Of a DNA stretch of 64,000 bases, positions 37,984 to 49,269 are shown piece by piece. Positions within the stretch are counted from its first letter, which is position 1; each line of letters starts with the position of its first letter. This DNA is from Nitrosopumilus sp. GTDB lineage: Archaea > Thermoproteota > Nitrososphaeria > Nitrososphaerales > Nitrosopumilaceae. The notes under the pieces were generated by a model, which saw only the letters and a list, made by a program, of their open reading frames with translations, was not told the DNA's origin and ran no database searches. The translations under genes were made by a program, and so were the position numbers. Where the stretch lies: NCBI GenBank assembly GCA_965218695.1, contig OZ244651.1, positions 1,920,001 through 1,984,000 of the forward strand. Direction: 5' to 3'.

Positions 37984-38263
37984 GTCATGCCAACAGAATT
38001 AGTGTGTGGGGTTTCCCTACTTTTAGGTTATCAGGGCCCGGGGGAGAACTGAAGCTGTGGTGTTTCCTGCCAGACATTCCTGCAGCCTGATCCCAGAAGG
38101 AGAATTCCTCTGAAAGGTATCATTGTAAGGACCGCCAAATCCTCAATGTTAAGAAATGTGCAGGACTTGTAAGTGCCGATCATTGACATTGCAAAGCATT
38201 AGTCTTAGCTGGCTGGACTCCTCTAACTATGCTGTAAACATGACATCCATGCTGGAGCGGGCC

Positions 38264-38887
38264 TTATTTTTTGGATCTTGCAAGCGCCGTTGCAGCAACG
38301 GCAATGCCTATTACCCCAAGAACGATGCCGGCATAGCCGATCATCTGCGCAGATTCCATGTCTGTGACAGACTGTTTGAGATCCTCAACGTCGGCTGCAA
38401 GTGCGTCATGATCCACACGTAGCAGATTTAATGTAAGGTCTAGGGGTTGGGGAAATTCTATCTGGGTGCGGTCGTTCACCTTTGGCGGATGCATGGACAG
38501 GCTGATAGGGGTGCCGTGTATTTGCCCTAGAATGTTTGCCTGATAGAATCCTGATACTGTCGGGGTTACAAATGCATAGTACTTGCCAGGTACGTTGTGG
38601 GCAGCTGCAAGCGGGAGTATGATGTCGTTATCCTTGAAGATCAGTTGAATCTTGATGTCCTTTCTCAGTCCATCTATGCCATTTTGAAACACCTGCTCTT
38701 CAAGTTCCAGACCGGGCTCAAGCGGGCTTACATAAAACTCAATGCCGTTTGCTTCGCCGGAGACGACAGGCTCATTCAACCAGCCGATCTCAACTCTGTA
38801 CTCTCCGACAGAATCTACCGTATGTGCGTATGCAGTCCCAAACAATCCCGGGACGACAAGCAGGAGAACCAGATATTGAGATCTCAA
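38264..38887 (-). CDS. Exported, C-terminally anchored protein with an N-terminal His
   Basis: Signal peptide AYA-H, GWLNEP, coiled coil and C-terminal TM. Confidence 0.75.
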   Translation of the reverse strand: MRSQYLVLLLVVPGLFGTAYAHTVDSVGEYRVEIGWLNEPVVSGEANGIEFYVSPLEPGLELEEQVFQNGIDGLRKDIKIQLIFKDNDIILPLAAAHNVPGKYYAFVTPTVSGFYQANILGQIHGTPISLSMHPPKVNDRTQIEFPQPLDLTLNLLRVDHDALAADVEDLKQSVTDMESAQMIGYAGIVLGVIGIAVAATALARSKK

Positions 38888-39130
38888 TAATTACACGGCG
38901 CGGCAGAGAATAAAGAATGTTTGGAGTTTTTGGGTGTTGTACCATATTTCATGTCTGCGTGTGATGGATTTTCAGATTGGCATACCTGCAAAGTCTGCCG
39001 AGAATGCCTATAGAACAGAAATCAAGGGGTGTGTTTTGATCATTGATGGTCTGGAGAACCGGTTCTGCATCCAACATGTAATTCCAGGCCAGGTGGTTTG
39101 TATTACTAAATGGTGACTGGGGTTAAGGGA

Positions 39131-40477
39131 TCAACTGGTCTTTGCAGACTTGATGCGGGTCAGTTCCTCTTCAAAGAAGAACTTGTCACCAGATATAGGC
39201 TTTAGGTCGTCAAGCCAGATTGCATCTGCATCATACTTTGCAAAGAATGGGTTGCGTGTCCAGTCAGGATTCCTGCCCTGTAGGAATCTCAGAACCAGTA
39301 GCTTCTCACCATTAATCTCTGTGGTTCCCACTACCTGTACCTTACCAGGTGTTGCAGACATGCTTGGTCCACGAACCGTCCTTCCCAACCCGCTTACAGC
39401 AGAGTACGCCTTGCTGAATATCTCGTATGCTCTTACCAGAGGGACACCAAAGTAGTGCTGGGCACCGGTATCTCGGACTACAAACATGTAGTATGGAATA
39501 CAGCCCATCTGAACCTGCGTTCTCCACATCTCGGCCCACATATCTGCATCATCGTTAATGTGGGCAAGTAACGGTGACTGCGTCCTGATTTGGGCACCAG
39601 TCTTTCTGACCTCTTGAACTGCTGCTTTCAGGGAACCAGTCGACATCTCGTTGAGGTGGTTAAAGTGGGCCATGATTGCCAAATGCAGTCCGCTGTCAGT
39701 AATCCTACTAAACGTCTCCAACATCTCTTGGGAATCTACATCGGTAAGAAACTTGTACGGCCAGTAGGATAATGCCTTTGTTCCAATCCGGATAGTCTTG
39801 AGATTTGGAAGTTTGGATTCTATAAGCGCATCAACGTATTTTGCAAACATCTTTGCCCGCATGATCATTGGATCGCCTCCCGTGAAGAGCACATCAGTAA
39901 TCTCTGGATGTTCTGAGACATACTGTACCAATTGTTCACCTTCCTGCATGGCAAACTTCATCTCATCCATTCCTACAAACTGCGGCCACCTAAAGCAGAA
40001 GCTGCAGTATGCGTGACATGTCTGGCTCTGACTTGGGAAGAACAGACAGGTCTCCTTGTATTTGTGCTGCATCCCAAACAGCTTGGTTCCGTCCCGGAGC
40101 GTTGGAACGTTGAGCTCCATCTGACCTGCCGGATGGGGATTCAGCTTCAGACGAATATCATTTGCAACGGCGGCAATCTCTTTTTTATCAGAATTATTCT
40201 TTAATGCAGTCTCCATCATGGTGTAATGCTCCGGTTTAAGCATCCCCTTCTGAGGAAATGTCAGGACGAACATGGGATCGTTGGGAATGTTGTTCCAGTC
40301 AATCAGTTGTTCTACGACGTAGTTGTTTGCCTTGAAGGGCAGAACGTTTCCCACCACCTCCATCTCAAATTTGGCCTCCTCGGTCATCTCTTCAATCTGT
40401 GGAAGCTTGTGAAAATTGGACAGCGTGTATGACTTTAGTGAAGGTCTACTGTTCCAGACAGACTCTTGATACGTCAT
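39131..40477 (-). CDS. KamA-family radical SAM protein (lysine 2,3-aminomutase-like)
   Basis: HKY, CHAYCSFCFR, TGGDP, RIGT, HFNH, PYYMF. Confidence 0.88.
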   Translation of the reverse strand: MTYQESVWNSRPSLKSYTLSNFHKLPQIEEMTEEAKFEMEVVGNVLPFKANNYVVEQLIDWNNIPNDPMFVLTFPQKGMLKPEHYTMMETALKNNSDKKEIAAVANDIRLKLNPHPAGQMELNVPTLRDGTKLFGMQHKYKETCLFFPSQSQTCHAYCSFCFRWPQFVGMDEMKFAMQEGEQLVQYVSEHPEITDVLFTGGDPMIMRAKMFAKYVDALIESKLPNLKTIRIGTKALSYWPYKFLTDVDSQEMLETFSRITDSGLHLAIMAHFNHLNEMSTGSLKAAVQEVRKTGAQIRTQSPLLAHINDDADMWAEMWRTQVQMGCIPYYMFVVRDTGAQHYFGVPLVRAYEIFSKAYSAVSGLGRTVRGPSMSATPGKVQVVGTTEINGEKLLVLRFLQGRNPDWTRNPFFAKYDADAIWLDDLKPISGDKFFFEEELTRIKSAKTS

Positions 40478-40577
40478 GCGCTGTGTAAGAGTCCTTTAAT
40501 TTTAAATGTATGGTTTTATGATGATTATGGTTCCTATCGAATGGTTCCTTTTGTAATTGAAATGGATGGTTCTGAAC

Positions 40578-40659
40578 AGAAGTTTGCAGTAGTTTTGTAC
40601 GTAATATATAAAGAAGTTTGCAGTAGTTTTGTACGTAATATATAAAGAAGTTTGCAGTA
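40578..40659. repeat. 34-bp tandem repeat x2.4 containing a TATA box
   Basis: AGAAGTTTGCAGTAGTTTTGTACGTAATATATAA. Confidence 0.9.
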
Positions 40660-41776
40660 ATGAAAATATGATCAAGGAAAAAAATCTACGCGATCAGAAT
40701 CCGTGGTGGAAAGGAGGAAGAGAAATTTCCAAGGATAAAAAAATCAAGGAATGGAAAAGGGTCGAGATAAAATACGAGCCCGGACTCAGGCATATGATCA
40801 GACGTGATTTCGAATCAGATAACACGGTTGTTTATACATTACATGGACCAAGACAGGTTGGTAAAACGACACTTGTTAAATTACAGATCAAGGATTTTCT
40901 GGAAAAGGGAATAAACCCATGGAACATCCTGTATTATTCACTCGACTTGGTCAAAACACCAGAAGGTATTGTTGAGATAATTGAACTGTATCTGAAACTT
41001 AGTGCCCGACAAAGAAAAGACAAGCGTTATTATTTATTTTTGGATGAGGCCTCATCAATCACCGGCTGGCAAAATGGGATCAAATGGTTGGTAGATTCAG
41101 ACAAGTTAATCAATTGCACAATAATGGTTACAGGCTCACAGGCCATTAATATTAAAAATGTAACGGAAAAGATACTTGGGCGAAAAGGAGTAATCGATGG
41201 CAATTATAACAAAATTCTACCTCCCATGAAGTTTGTAGAATACGCATCGTTGTTAAATCAGGACATAAAGGAGCTGATTGGACAGAATAATTTGTTCAGA
41301 TACGAGAATAGAAGGCGTGTTCTAAAAAAATTATTCGCAGGAGAGATGGATGAAAAACTGGATAGACTACGTACGTATCAAAACGAAACCGATGAGTTGC
41401 TTGGGGAATACATGTTGACGGGTGGAATTCCAAAAATAATTGATGGAAAAATTAAAACAAATACCATTCAGGAGAGTGTCTATACGACTTATCTGCGCGG
41501 CATTACAGGACAATGGAGTAAACTGTCAAAGAATGAAAAATTGTTAAAGCGGTTTGGAGCTTCCATGATCAAAATCCAGGGCAGTCATGTTTCGTGGAAC
41601 AGTCTTGCAAAAAATGCCGCACTGGGAAATTCAATCACGGCGATAGATTATGCAACCACTTTGAAGAATATGCTTGTCCTGTTAGATATACCTCGATATT
41701 GTGACAAACAGAAGGCATTAATGAACATCAAGGATAAAAAGTTCTATTTTCATGATCCGTTCTTTTTGCATATTTT

Positions 41777-43302
41777 GTAAGTGTTCACGTCGTGCCTAAT
41801 TCAGTTCACTCTTGGGTAAATTTTGTGCAAACCACAGATCCAAATAGGATGGTAATCCAAACCCGATGTGAAAAGCCAGGCTGAACTCAAAAAGATGTAC
41901 ACGGATCTCAAGACTGAGAACATCAAGCTCAAGCAGACGATTGAGATGCAAGGGCAGATAATTGAGGAATTGAATCTGGCAGTTGCTGATCTTAAGCGCA
42001 GGCTGGTGCGGCATGACAATTACAACACCCCGTCATCACAAAAAAGGGGGCCCGGATGGCCTGACACAAAGGGAAAAGGCGACGAAAAGAATGCCTACAA
42101 TAAATCCACAAAAGCCTCCCGGGATCAAAAGGACCGCGTGGATGCGGCCGGCAGCGGGAAGTCGCGCGGGGGGCAAAAAGGCCACATGGGCCGCACCCGC
42201 AAGCCAAAACCCACCGAGTTTGAGGAACACACCCCGGAGGCCTGCCCCGAATGCGGCTCGGGTAGCCTTTCCATAGTGCAGTCAGAAAAACGCGACATTA
42301 CCAGGGTGGAGCGCACGATAAAGGTCATCACCACGCGCCACACCATAAACACGTGTCGCTGCTCCTGCGGTCTGGTGGACATCAAGCCCGAGACCGGCCT
42401 TCCAGACAAGGGCAGCTACGATCCGAGCATAACGACTGATGTTGCAGACGATTACGTGTGTCGCATGCCGTTTAGGATGATCGCAGACCGCATGTCGCGG
42501 TACGGAATTACACTCTCCTCGGGCACGGCGCACAACATAATGCGCAGGCTGGGAACGTCGCTGGGCGCCCCTGCGGCAGCCATTGCCGCCATGATACGCA
42601 AGGCCAAGATACTGCACGCCGACGAGACATCGATTCACCTAAACGGCCGCAACGTCTGGGTGTGGATACTGCACGATCCGCTGACCGGGCACGCGCTGTA
42701 CGTGATACGGGACAGCCGGGGGGCAAAGGTTCTGAAAGAAGCGCTTGGGGGTTGGGACGGCACGTTAGTGTGCGACGGCTGGACGGCGTACGGAAAATAC
42801 CGCGTCCAGCGCTGCTGGTCGCACATAATACGCGAGGCCAGGGACATCTGCAACCGCAATCCGGACTGCCCAGGCGCGCGCAACGTCCTGAAGCACCTGC
42901 GCATAATCTATGATTATGCCAGAAGGGCAAGCAGGAAACGCTCGCGCTCTCTCCGGGACAACGCGTCTGCCATGCTGACGTCATGCATCGAAAAGATCGT
43001 TGCAAGGTACGCCGACGATCCAATATTGGAAAAATTCATGGTCAAGATCAGCAATGCTGGCAGCGACCTGTTCCGGTTCGTGCTGAACCCAAAGATCCCG
43101 CCTACAAACAATGCTGCAGAACGCGGGTTGCGCGAGATAGTCGTGCACAGAAAAATACGGGGCAGCATAAGGGCAGAGGAGACGATGACGTGGATGGCGA
43201 ATTTCTTTTCATGTGTAATGACATGGAAAAACAAGAAATTGGATTACTTGGCGGAGATTGCAAAATACGCCTAAAAATGAGTTAAACCACGTGAACACTT
43301 AC
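41777..43302 (+). mobile_element. IS66-family element
   Basis: 14-bp IR GTAAGTGTTCACGT; 8-bp TSD CATATTTT. Confidence 0.95.
41868..43274 (+). CDS. IS66 transposase TnpC
   Basis: GGQKGH, CPECG, HADET, CDGW, QRCWSH, TNNAAERGLR. Confidence 0.93.
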   Translation: MKSQAELKKMYTDLKTENIKLKQTIEMQGQIIEELNLAVADLKRRLVRHDNYNTPSSQKRGPGWPDTKGKGDEKNAYNKSTKASRDQKDRVDAAGSGKSRGGQKGHMGRTRKPKPTEFEEHTPEACPECGSGSLSIVQSEKRDITRVERTIKVITTRHTINTCRCSCGLVDIKPETGLPDKGSYDPSITTDVADDYVCRMPFRMIADRMSRYGITLSSGTAHNIMRRLGTSLGAPAAAIAAMIRKAKILHADETSIHLNGRNVWVWILHDPLTGHALYVIRDSRGAKVLKEALGGWDGTLVCDGWTAYGKYRVQRCWSHIIREARDICNRNPDCPGARNVLKHLRIIYDYARRASRKRSRSLRDNASAMLTSCIEKIVARYADDPILEKFMVKISNAGSDLFRFVLNPKIPPTNNAAERGLREIVVHRKIRGSIRAEETMTWMANFFSCVMTWKNKKLDYLAEIAKYA

Positions 43303-44032
43303 CATATTTTTAATGGATGGTCAAGCCCAAATGCCAATTTTGAGACTGCGCTAGCATATCTTGAGAATGAGGTCAATCAAAGTAAGATTGTAGAGGGTGT
43401 TGTCGGGGATCACTTGGTCAGATTCGCGTTTGCAACCAGTAAGAAAAAGCAGACATTTGACTACCATAATCACGTATTCTACTGGAAGGATGGCAGAAAC
43501 AGAGAGGTGGATTTTGTTTTATACAACGGGAGCGATGTCGAGGTTCCCATTGAGATAAAATACAGAAACAAGATCAATCACAAGGAACTGGCACCTTTGG
43601 TGAATTTTCTTGACCGTACAGGGAACAATGCAGGAATAGTAGTCTCAAGGTCAACATGGGATGTAAGGATGGATTACGTGATTATCCCTGCATCCATATT
43701 TTTATTGTTGATATGATAATTCTAGGTTTGTTTTTTACTGTGCTTCTGGAAATATCCTGAAAGGGTTAGGCCGATATAATTCCCGGTTGCAGAAATCGGC
43801 CAAGAATTTCTGCCAATCCGCCGGACAGGTGTCAGACAGGGAGTAACTTTCTGTTCAGGCATGCAGTCGACAATACCAGATACGCCGGGCCGCCTCCAAA
43901 ACCAGGCATGCTGTTTGCAGAACCTGCATGCCCGAGAGTAGGGTGCATGCCAGTCATGGATTTTAACAAAATTATAATACGTCCCGACACCTGTTGTAAG
44001 GGGTATGACTCCAAATGGAACCGTGATTAATC

Positions 44033-45760
44033 ATGGCTGAGGAACTAGCGCAGGTGCCGATAGGCGAGTTTGAGGCCGCATCACGCCTGCTGACTACATC
44101 AGAATCATTGCAGATATCATTCATCATTATGATTCTTGGAATAGCCGGGATTACCATAGGGTACAGAAAGTTTTCATTCTGGGTTATGTCACGAAGATTC
44201 TACTACCAGAGACCACACATCTCAAGATTTGTAAGGAGGGCCGTCCTGCCGTTCTTTGCCATTGCGCTGATTACGGTAATCAATGCCCACATACAGGTTG
44301 ACATCCTGTCAGATGACGTGATCAGTAGTGAGGACATACAGGCACAGGAGATATTTGCAAAGATTCTCAACACATTCAACATCATAGTAATCGGATACAC
44401 CGTGGCGCATCTGATTCCAATCATCCTAACCAAGCGTGAAAAATCAATCCAAGAGAAGAGTGATTTTGATGCCTGGTTCGATATGAGGGGGTTCGTGGAT
44501 GATACAGAAGATCTCTTTCACAGGCTGTACAAGTGGGTTCCGCCAAAGATCAGGCCCGAGGAGATCGAAGAGGAAGAGTTTACGGAGTTACTCAAGACTG
44601 AGGAGGGAGTCAGACGCCTAGAGGAATTTCGTACCACAAAGGGAACCCCGATCGGAGGGTATGAGAAACTAACCAAGGAGCCCTTCGAGGAATGGAAAAA
44701 GTCAGAGCGTGTAAAGTACGACAAGTACTATCAGAACTGCATCACAGGAGAGAACCAGTCCGGCAGGAAACTAAATCCAAGTGCAAGGCCCGAGGAGATA
44801 TTTCCAATCGATACGTGGAGAGAGGAGAAGAGGACATACGGGTATGCGCCGATTATTCCAAGTTCCCGTCCTCCGGGGTACACAAGAAAGAAGAAAAAAG
44901 ATATGCCCAGGTCCACAAAGCAGATACTTCCGGTGGGAATATTTGTGGCAATAATTCTGGGAGTCATGGCATGGTGGGGAGTCGATCTGTTTGTGCTTGC
45001 CACTGCGACCGGCGGTTTTTCAATCGGTCTGGGACTGGCGTTGCAGGAGACCATGCAGAATTATTTTGCATACATTATGATCAGGAAGGACAAGATCTTT
45101 ACGGAAGGAGACAGGGTACAGCTGGAGACTGGATACAACGGATACGTGCACAAGATTACCCCCAGGGTCACGTACATCAGGGACGCTTTGCACGAGTCAA
45201 TCGCGGTCATACCAACCAGGCAGCTGGTTACTGCACAGATCATAAACTACACCAAAGATAACAAGCTTGTTCCGGCCGTGGTAAAGGTGGGAGTGTCATA
45301 TCTGAACGACCCCAAACAGGTCGCATCAATACTAACCAAGGTTGGAAAAAGAGGGATGACGGAGATCATCGATGGCAAGAAAAGGCACTTGGTAAGACAG
45401 AGCAGGTGTCCTTATCTGGACAAAAACATGCCAAGCTGCGGCTGCGACACTAATCTCCATGTGGATCTGACGCAGCCCGTGGTCAGATTTGACAGTTTTA
45501 ATGATTCGTCGCTTGATTTTTCGATGTGGTTGTGGGTCAGAGATTACGGCGCACAGTTCAAGACAAAGACTGACCTGAGAATGATGATATACGAAGAGTT
45601 CAAGAGGTACGATATCAGGATTCCGTGGCCGATACGGACAATATACCAGGGAGACGAGAACAGGGAGAGTGAGGAGATTGCCAAGCACGAACAGGCCAGA
45701 AAGAAAGTGATTGACGAATATGGTATCGGGGATATCGGGCGAGGCGGAGAGGACGAATAA
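44033..45760 (+). CDS. MscS-family mechanosensitive channel with large insertions
   Basis: GLGLALQETMQNYFA, GDRV, VGVSY, DSSLDF, IPWP. Confidence 0.9.
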   Translation: MAEELAQVPIGEFEAASRLLTTSESLQISFIIMILGIAGITIGYRKFSFWVMSRRFYYQRPHISRFVRRAVLPFFAIALITVINAHIQVDILSDDVISSEDIQAQEIFAKILNTFNIIVIGYTVAHLIPIILTKREKSIQEKSDFDAWFDMRGFVDDTEDLFHRLYKWVPPKIRPEEIEEEEFTELLKTEEGVRRLEEFRTTKGTPIGGYEKLTKEPFEEWKKSERVKYDKYYQNCITGENQSGRKLNPSARPEEIFPIDTWREEKRTYGYAPIIPSSRPPGYTRKKKKDMPRSTKQILPVGIFVAIILGVMAWWGVDLFVLATATGGFSIGLGLALQETMQNYFAYIMIRKDKIFTEGDRVQLETGYNGYVHKITPRVTYIRDALHESIAVIPTRQLVTAQIINYTKDNKLVPAVVKVGVSYLNDPKQVASILTKVGKRGMTEIIDGKKRHLVRQSRCPYLDKNMPSCGCDTNLHVDLTQPVVRFDSFNDSSLDFSMWLWVRDYGAQFKTKTDLRMMIYEEFKRYDIRIPWPIRTIYQGDENRESEEIAKHEQARKKVIDEYGIGDIGRGGEDE

Positions 45761-45815
45761 ATGGTCCTAGGCGTTATTCCTCTCAAAACTTAAGAGACCC
45801 ATCAATACAGGTCAT

Positions 45816-46700
45816 TTGATGAATGCCTCAGTAATTGCAGGAGCGGCATCAGAGGGTCTGGCAGAAAAGATTGCAGAGAGGCTGGATGCAGACCTGGTAA
45901 GAACCAGTACCAAGGTGTTTCCAGACGGCGAGACCAGGATAACGCTGGACGGTACGGTATCAGAGGGAATGACAGTTGTGGTACAGTCAGCATATCCGCC
46001 GGTTGATACAAACCTGATTGCAGCACTGTCGCTGATCTCAAAGGCAAGCCAAAAGTCGGACAATGTGGTTGCCGTGATTCCGTACATGGGATATGCAAGA
46101 CAGGACAGGGAGTTTTTGCCGGGGGAGATAGTCACGATAAAGATGCTGGGCAGGTTATTTGAGGGTGCCGGTGCTTCAAGGATCATCACCGTTGACATTC
46201 ACAGTATGGTGGGACTGGGACACCTTGGCAGGGCAGACAATGTAAGTGCAATTCCAGGCCTTGCGCGGTACTTTGGCGGTTTGAAGTTAAAGGAGCCCAT
46301 GGCCGTATCGCCGGATCAAGGCGGACTGGACAGGGTAGAGGAGTTTGCAGGAATAATGGGGATTCCGTGGACGGTTCTGGAAAAGTCAAGGGACAGGAAG
46401 ACGGGCAGGGTGCGGATCAACACAGGCACGGCAGAGGAGGTCAGTGACAGGGATCTCATACTGGTTGATGACATGATAAGTACGGGCGGAAGCATAATCA
46501 AGGCAGCGCAGTTCCTAAAGAGGAACAAGTGCAGGAGAATGTTTGTTGCGTGTACGCATGCGCTCCTGATAAATGACGCATACAAAAGGATAAGGCAGGC
46601 AGGTGTGTCAAGGATTGTCAGCACAAACACCATCCCCGGAAGGACATCGGCAGTTGATGTCTCAGACGTGATCGCAAATGCAATAGCTGCCAGGACATAG
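45816..46700 (+). CDS. prs: Ribose-phosphate pyrophosphokinase
   Basis: FPDGE, PYMGYARQD, VDDMISTGGS. Confidence 0.95.
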   Translation: MMNASVIAGAASEGLAEKIAERLDADLVRTSTKVFPDGETRITLDGTVSEGMTVVVQSAYPPVDTNLIAALSLISKASQKSDNVVAVIPYMGYARQDREFLPGEIVTIKMLGRLFEGAGASRIITVDIHSMVGLGHLGRADNVSAIPGLARYFGGLKLKEPMAVSPDQGGLDRVEEFAGIMGIPWTVLEKSRDRKTGRVRINTGTAEEVSDRDLILVDDMISTGGSIIKAAQFLKRNKCRRMFVACTHALLINDAYKRIRQAGVSRIVSTNTIPGRTSAVDVSDVIANAIAART

Positions 46701-46733
46701 GCATAAAAGCCTAAGAAGAGCAGTTTTGATGAA

Positions 46734-47633
46734 ATGAGATTTGTATTCCTTGGAACGTCTGCTGCCCAACCCACCAGAAGGAGGGGACTGTCATGCCTGT
46801 GCTTGGAGAGGGAGGGGGAGATTTTGATGTTTGACGCGGGAGAGTCTGCACAGAATGCCTACATGCGGGCGGGTCTTGGATGGAACAAAAAGATGAAGGT
46901 GTTCATAACGCATATGCACGGGGACCACTGTGTGGGGGTTCTGGGGCTGCTGCAGACAATGTCGATGCAGAAGAGAACCACGCCCCTGGAGATATTTGGG
47001 CCAGATGGGATAGAGGAGTTTATTGCAGCAAACATCAGGATGCTGAACTTTGGTCTGTCGTTTCCGGTTATGATCGAGACTGTCAGGGAAGGGAAGGTTC
47101 TTGACGGTTCGGGGTATGTCATCAGGGCGTGCAGGGCAAAGCATTCCGTTGTCACCTTCTCGTACCTGTTTGAGGAAAAAGACAAGCCGGGCAGGTTTAA
47201 TGCGGCAGAGGCCAAAAAGTTGAAGATACCGGAGGGGCCGCTTTGGGGAAGGCTGCAGGACGGCAACGAGGTTACGGTGAACGGACAGGTAATAAAACCG
47301 GAACAGGTGCTCGGAAAGAACCGTCCGGGCACAAAGATAGGAATCTCAGGGGATACGAGGCCCACGCAGGAGTTGGAGAGATTCTTTGGGGGGTGCGACT
47401 ATCTTGTGTTCGATTCGACATTTCTGGACGAACATGGGGAACGGGCGCACAAGACATTGCATTCCACCGCGGGAGAGGCAGCGATGCTGGGGAGGAGTGC
47501 GGGGGTAAAGAACCTGGTGATGACGCACTTTTCTGCAAGATACAAAGACGAGTCAGGACATCTGGCAGAAGCGTCCAAGATTCATGGCTCGGTGATAGCC
47601 GCAAGGGATCTTCTGGAGATTGAGATCAGATGA
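46734..47633 (+). CDS. rnz: Ribonuclease Z
   Basis: [16 protein letters not shown] exosite, SGDT, THFSARY. Confidence 0.95.
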   Translation: MRFVFLGTSAAQPTRRRGLSCLCLEREGEILMFDAGESAQNAYMRAGLGWNKKMKVFITHMHGDHCVGVLGLLQTMSMQKRTTPLEIFGPDGIEEFIAANIRMLNFGLSFPVMIETVREGKVLDGSGYVIRACRAKHSVVTFSYLFEEKDKPGRFNAAEAKKLKIPEGPLWGRLQDGNEVTVNGQVIKPEQVLGKNRPGTKIGISGDTRPTQELERFFGGCDYLVFDSTFLDEHGERAHKTLHSTAGEAAMLGRSAGVKNLVMTHFSARYKDESGHLAEASKIHGSVIAARDLLEIEIR

Positions 47634-48349
47634 GTTTTGAGGGAATGCAGGACAGGATCCGGTCGGTCAAGAGGATAGTGTTTGTGACAGGCGCCGGGGT
47701 CTCGCAGGAGAGTGGTATCCCCACATTCAGGGGAAAGGACGGGTTGTGGAGGAGGTACGATGTCATGAAGCTTGCAACGATTGATGCATTTTATGAGGAT
47801 CCCGTGCTGGTATGGGAGTGGTACAATGAGAGAAGGAAGGGAATTCTTGCCGCAAAGCCAAACCCGGGACATGTAGCCATTGCCGAGTTGGAGAGGTATG
47901 TCGATGTACGTGTCCTTACACAGAACATAGATGGGTTGCATCAGAGGGCCGGAAGCTCGCACGTCTCGGAGCTGCATGGGAGCATTGTAAGGGTCAGGTG
48001 TGTCTCATGCGGTGAAGGCGGGGAGAGGACAGGTGAGTTTGCCAAGGTTCCCCCAATGTGCGGCTGCGGTGGCATGCTCCGGCCCGATGTGGTGTGGTTT
48101 GGAGAACCGCTGCCGCAGGACGTATGGGGGGAGGCCATCAGGCAGGCAGGCAGGTGTGATGTAATGGTGGTTGCAGGCACGTCCCTTGAGGTCTCCCCGG
48201 CAAACACGCTGCCATACCATGCACGGCGGGGCGGCGCTGCCATAATAGAGGTAAATCCGGCAGAAACTTGCATGTCGTCATACATGGATCACACCGCAAG
48301 GGGGACGTGTGCAGGCATCCTTCCGGGATTGGTATCGTTGTTCAGATAA
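47630..48349 (+). CDS. cobB: NAD-dependent deacylase (Sir2)
   Basis: [32 protein letters not shown]. Confidence 0.93.
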   Translation: MSFEGMQDRIRSVKRIVFVTGAGVSQESGIPTFRGKDGLWRRYDVMKLATIDAFYEDPVLVWEWYNERRKGILAAKPNPGHVAIAELERYVDVRVLTQNIDGLHQRAGSSHVSELHGSIVRVRCVSCGEGGERTGEFAKVPPMCGCGGMLRPDVVWFGEPLPQDVWGEAIRQAGRCDVMVVAGTSLEVSPANTLPYHARRGGAAIIEVNPAETCMSSYMDHTARGTCAGILPGLVSLFR

Positions 48350-48410
48350 GGTCAGGCAGCATATACTCCAGGGAGAAAATATTCGTAAATAATACGGCAT
48401 AAAATCATAA

Positions 48411-48794
48411 TTATGGCGGGGTGTCCTCGAATTCACCATCGGCGGAGTTCTGCGGTCCCTGGATGGCATCCTCGATGAACTTAAGTGGATTGATGTTTGA
48501 GAGCACGTCGGCGGTAGTGTCCTTTGAGGACTCACCCACTTCATGCAGTGTGCCGGAGACCTGCTGGCCGGTGTTGCTGATTTCCTCAGTTATGGCACTG
48601 CCTGCCATGTCAAACGAGTCATCTAGTCGCTCCTGTAGGGAGTCAGTCGTTCTGTCGCCGAGACTGTTTATGTCGTCTGTCAAGGCGTCATTTATGACGG
48701 CGGTGGTGGAAGGGAAGATGTTGCCGATCTCGTTGTAGAATATCAGACCGCCCAGTATCACAATACCTGCAATTATGCCCAGTTTTATCAGCAT
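48411..48794 (-). CDS. Membrane-anchored hypothetical protein
   Basis: N-terminal TM helix, acidic amphipathic tail. Confidence 0.65.
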   Translation of the reverse strand: MLIKLGIIAGIVILGGLIFYNEIGNIFPSTTAVINDALTDDINSLGDRTTDSLQERLDDSFDMAGSAITEEISNTGQQVSGTLHEVGESSKDTTADVLSNINPLKFIEDAIQGPQNSADGEFEDTPP

Positions 48795-48864
48795 TGAAAG
48801 AATCTCATGAATTAACGATTTTACAGTAAAACTAAAAAAAATACTCGGAGATGATTGAATTTTA

Positions 48865-49269
48865 TTAACTAATCATGCCAGATGCCATCCAGGCTGTAAT
48901 CCTGTCAATGTCCCGGGATGTTATGGTTACAGTGATTGGCCCCAGTGGGGATTCTGAGGCACTCTCACAGATTGCAACCTTGCCAGCAAGTGCCGCCTGC
49001 CTGTTGAGGTAGAACCAGGTGGAGTCATCCTGCGTGTTTCCCAAAAGACGTCGCCTGTATGTACCCTGCGACTGTCCTGCCTGAATCGTCTTACAGATCT
49101 GTTCAAGGGACTGCAGGTTGACAGACTCTGCACTGACGCAAGATGCATCAAGCTGCGTTGTAGAGTATGGGAATATTTCGGATACTGCCTGCATGACCTT
49201 TTGGGGATCCTCAGACGGGTTTATCCTGGCAGACATCCGTATCAGACAATCCAGAACGGGGGTCTTCAT
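48865..49269 (-). CDS. UPF0201/COG1931 RNA-binding-like protein
   Basis: PSEDPQKV, LNRQAA, ESPLGPI. Confidence 0.82.
   Translation of the reverse strand: MKTPVLDCLIRMSARINPSEDPQKVMQAVSEIFPYSTTQLDASCVSAESVNLQSLEQICKTIQAGQSQGTYRRRLLGNTQDDSTWFYLNRQAALAGKVAICESASESPLGPITVTITSRDIDRITAWMASGMIS

Larger units (their letters stand above)
40668..43716 (+). pseudogene. AAA_14/DUF4143 ATPase interrupted by IS66
   Basis: GPRQVGKTT, LFLDE, TGGIP, KFYFHDP; C-terminal EVDFV...PIEIKY; rejoins in frame as FLHIFNGW. Confidence 0.9.

Noticed and set aside
40578-40659. 34-bp repeats as a CRISPR array
   Set aside because: Units are head-to-tail with no unique spacers, and there are no cas genes
43258-43302. Independent 152-aa gene start
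   Set aside because: The start lies inside the IS66 end; the remainder is the C-terminus of the disrupted ATPase
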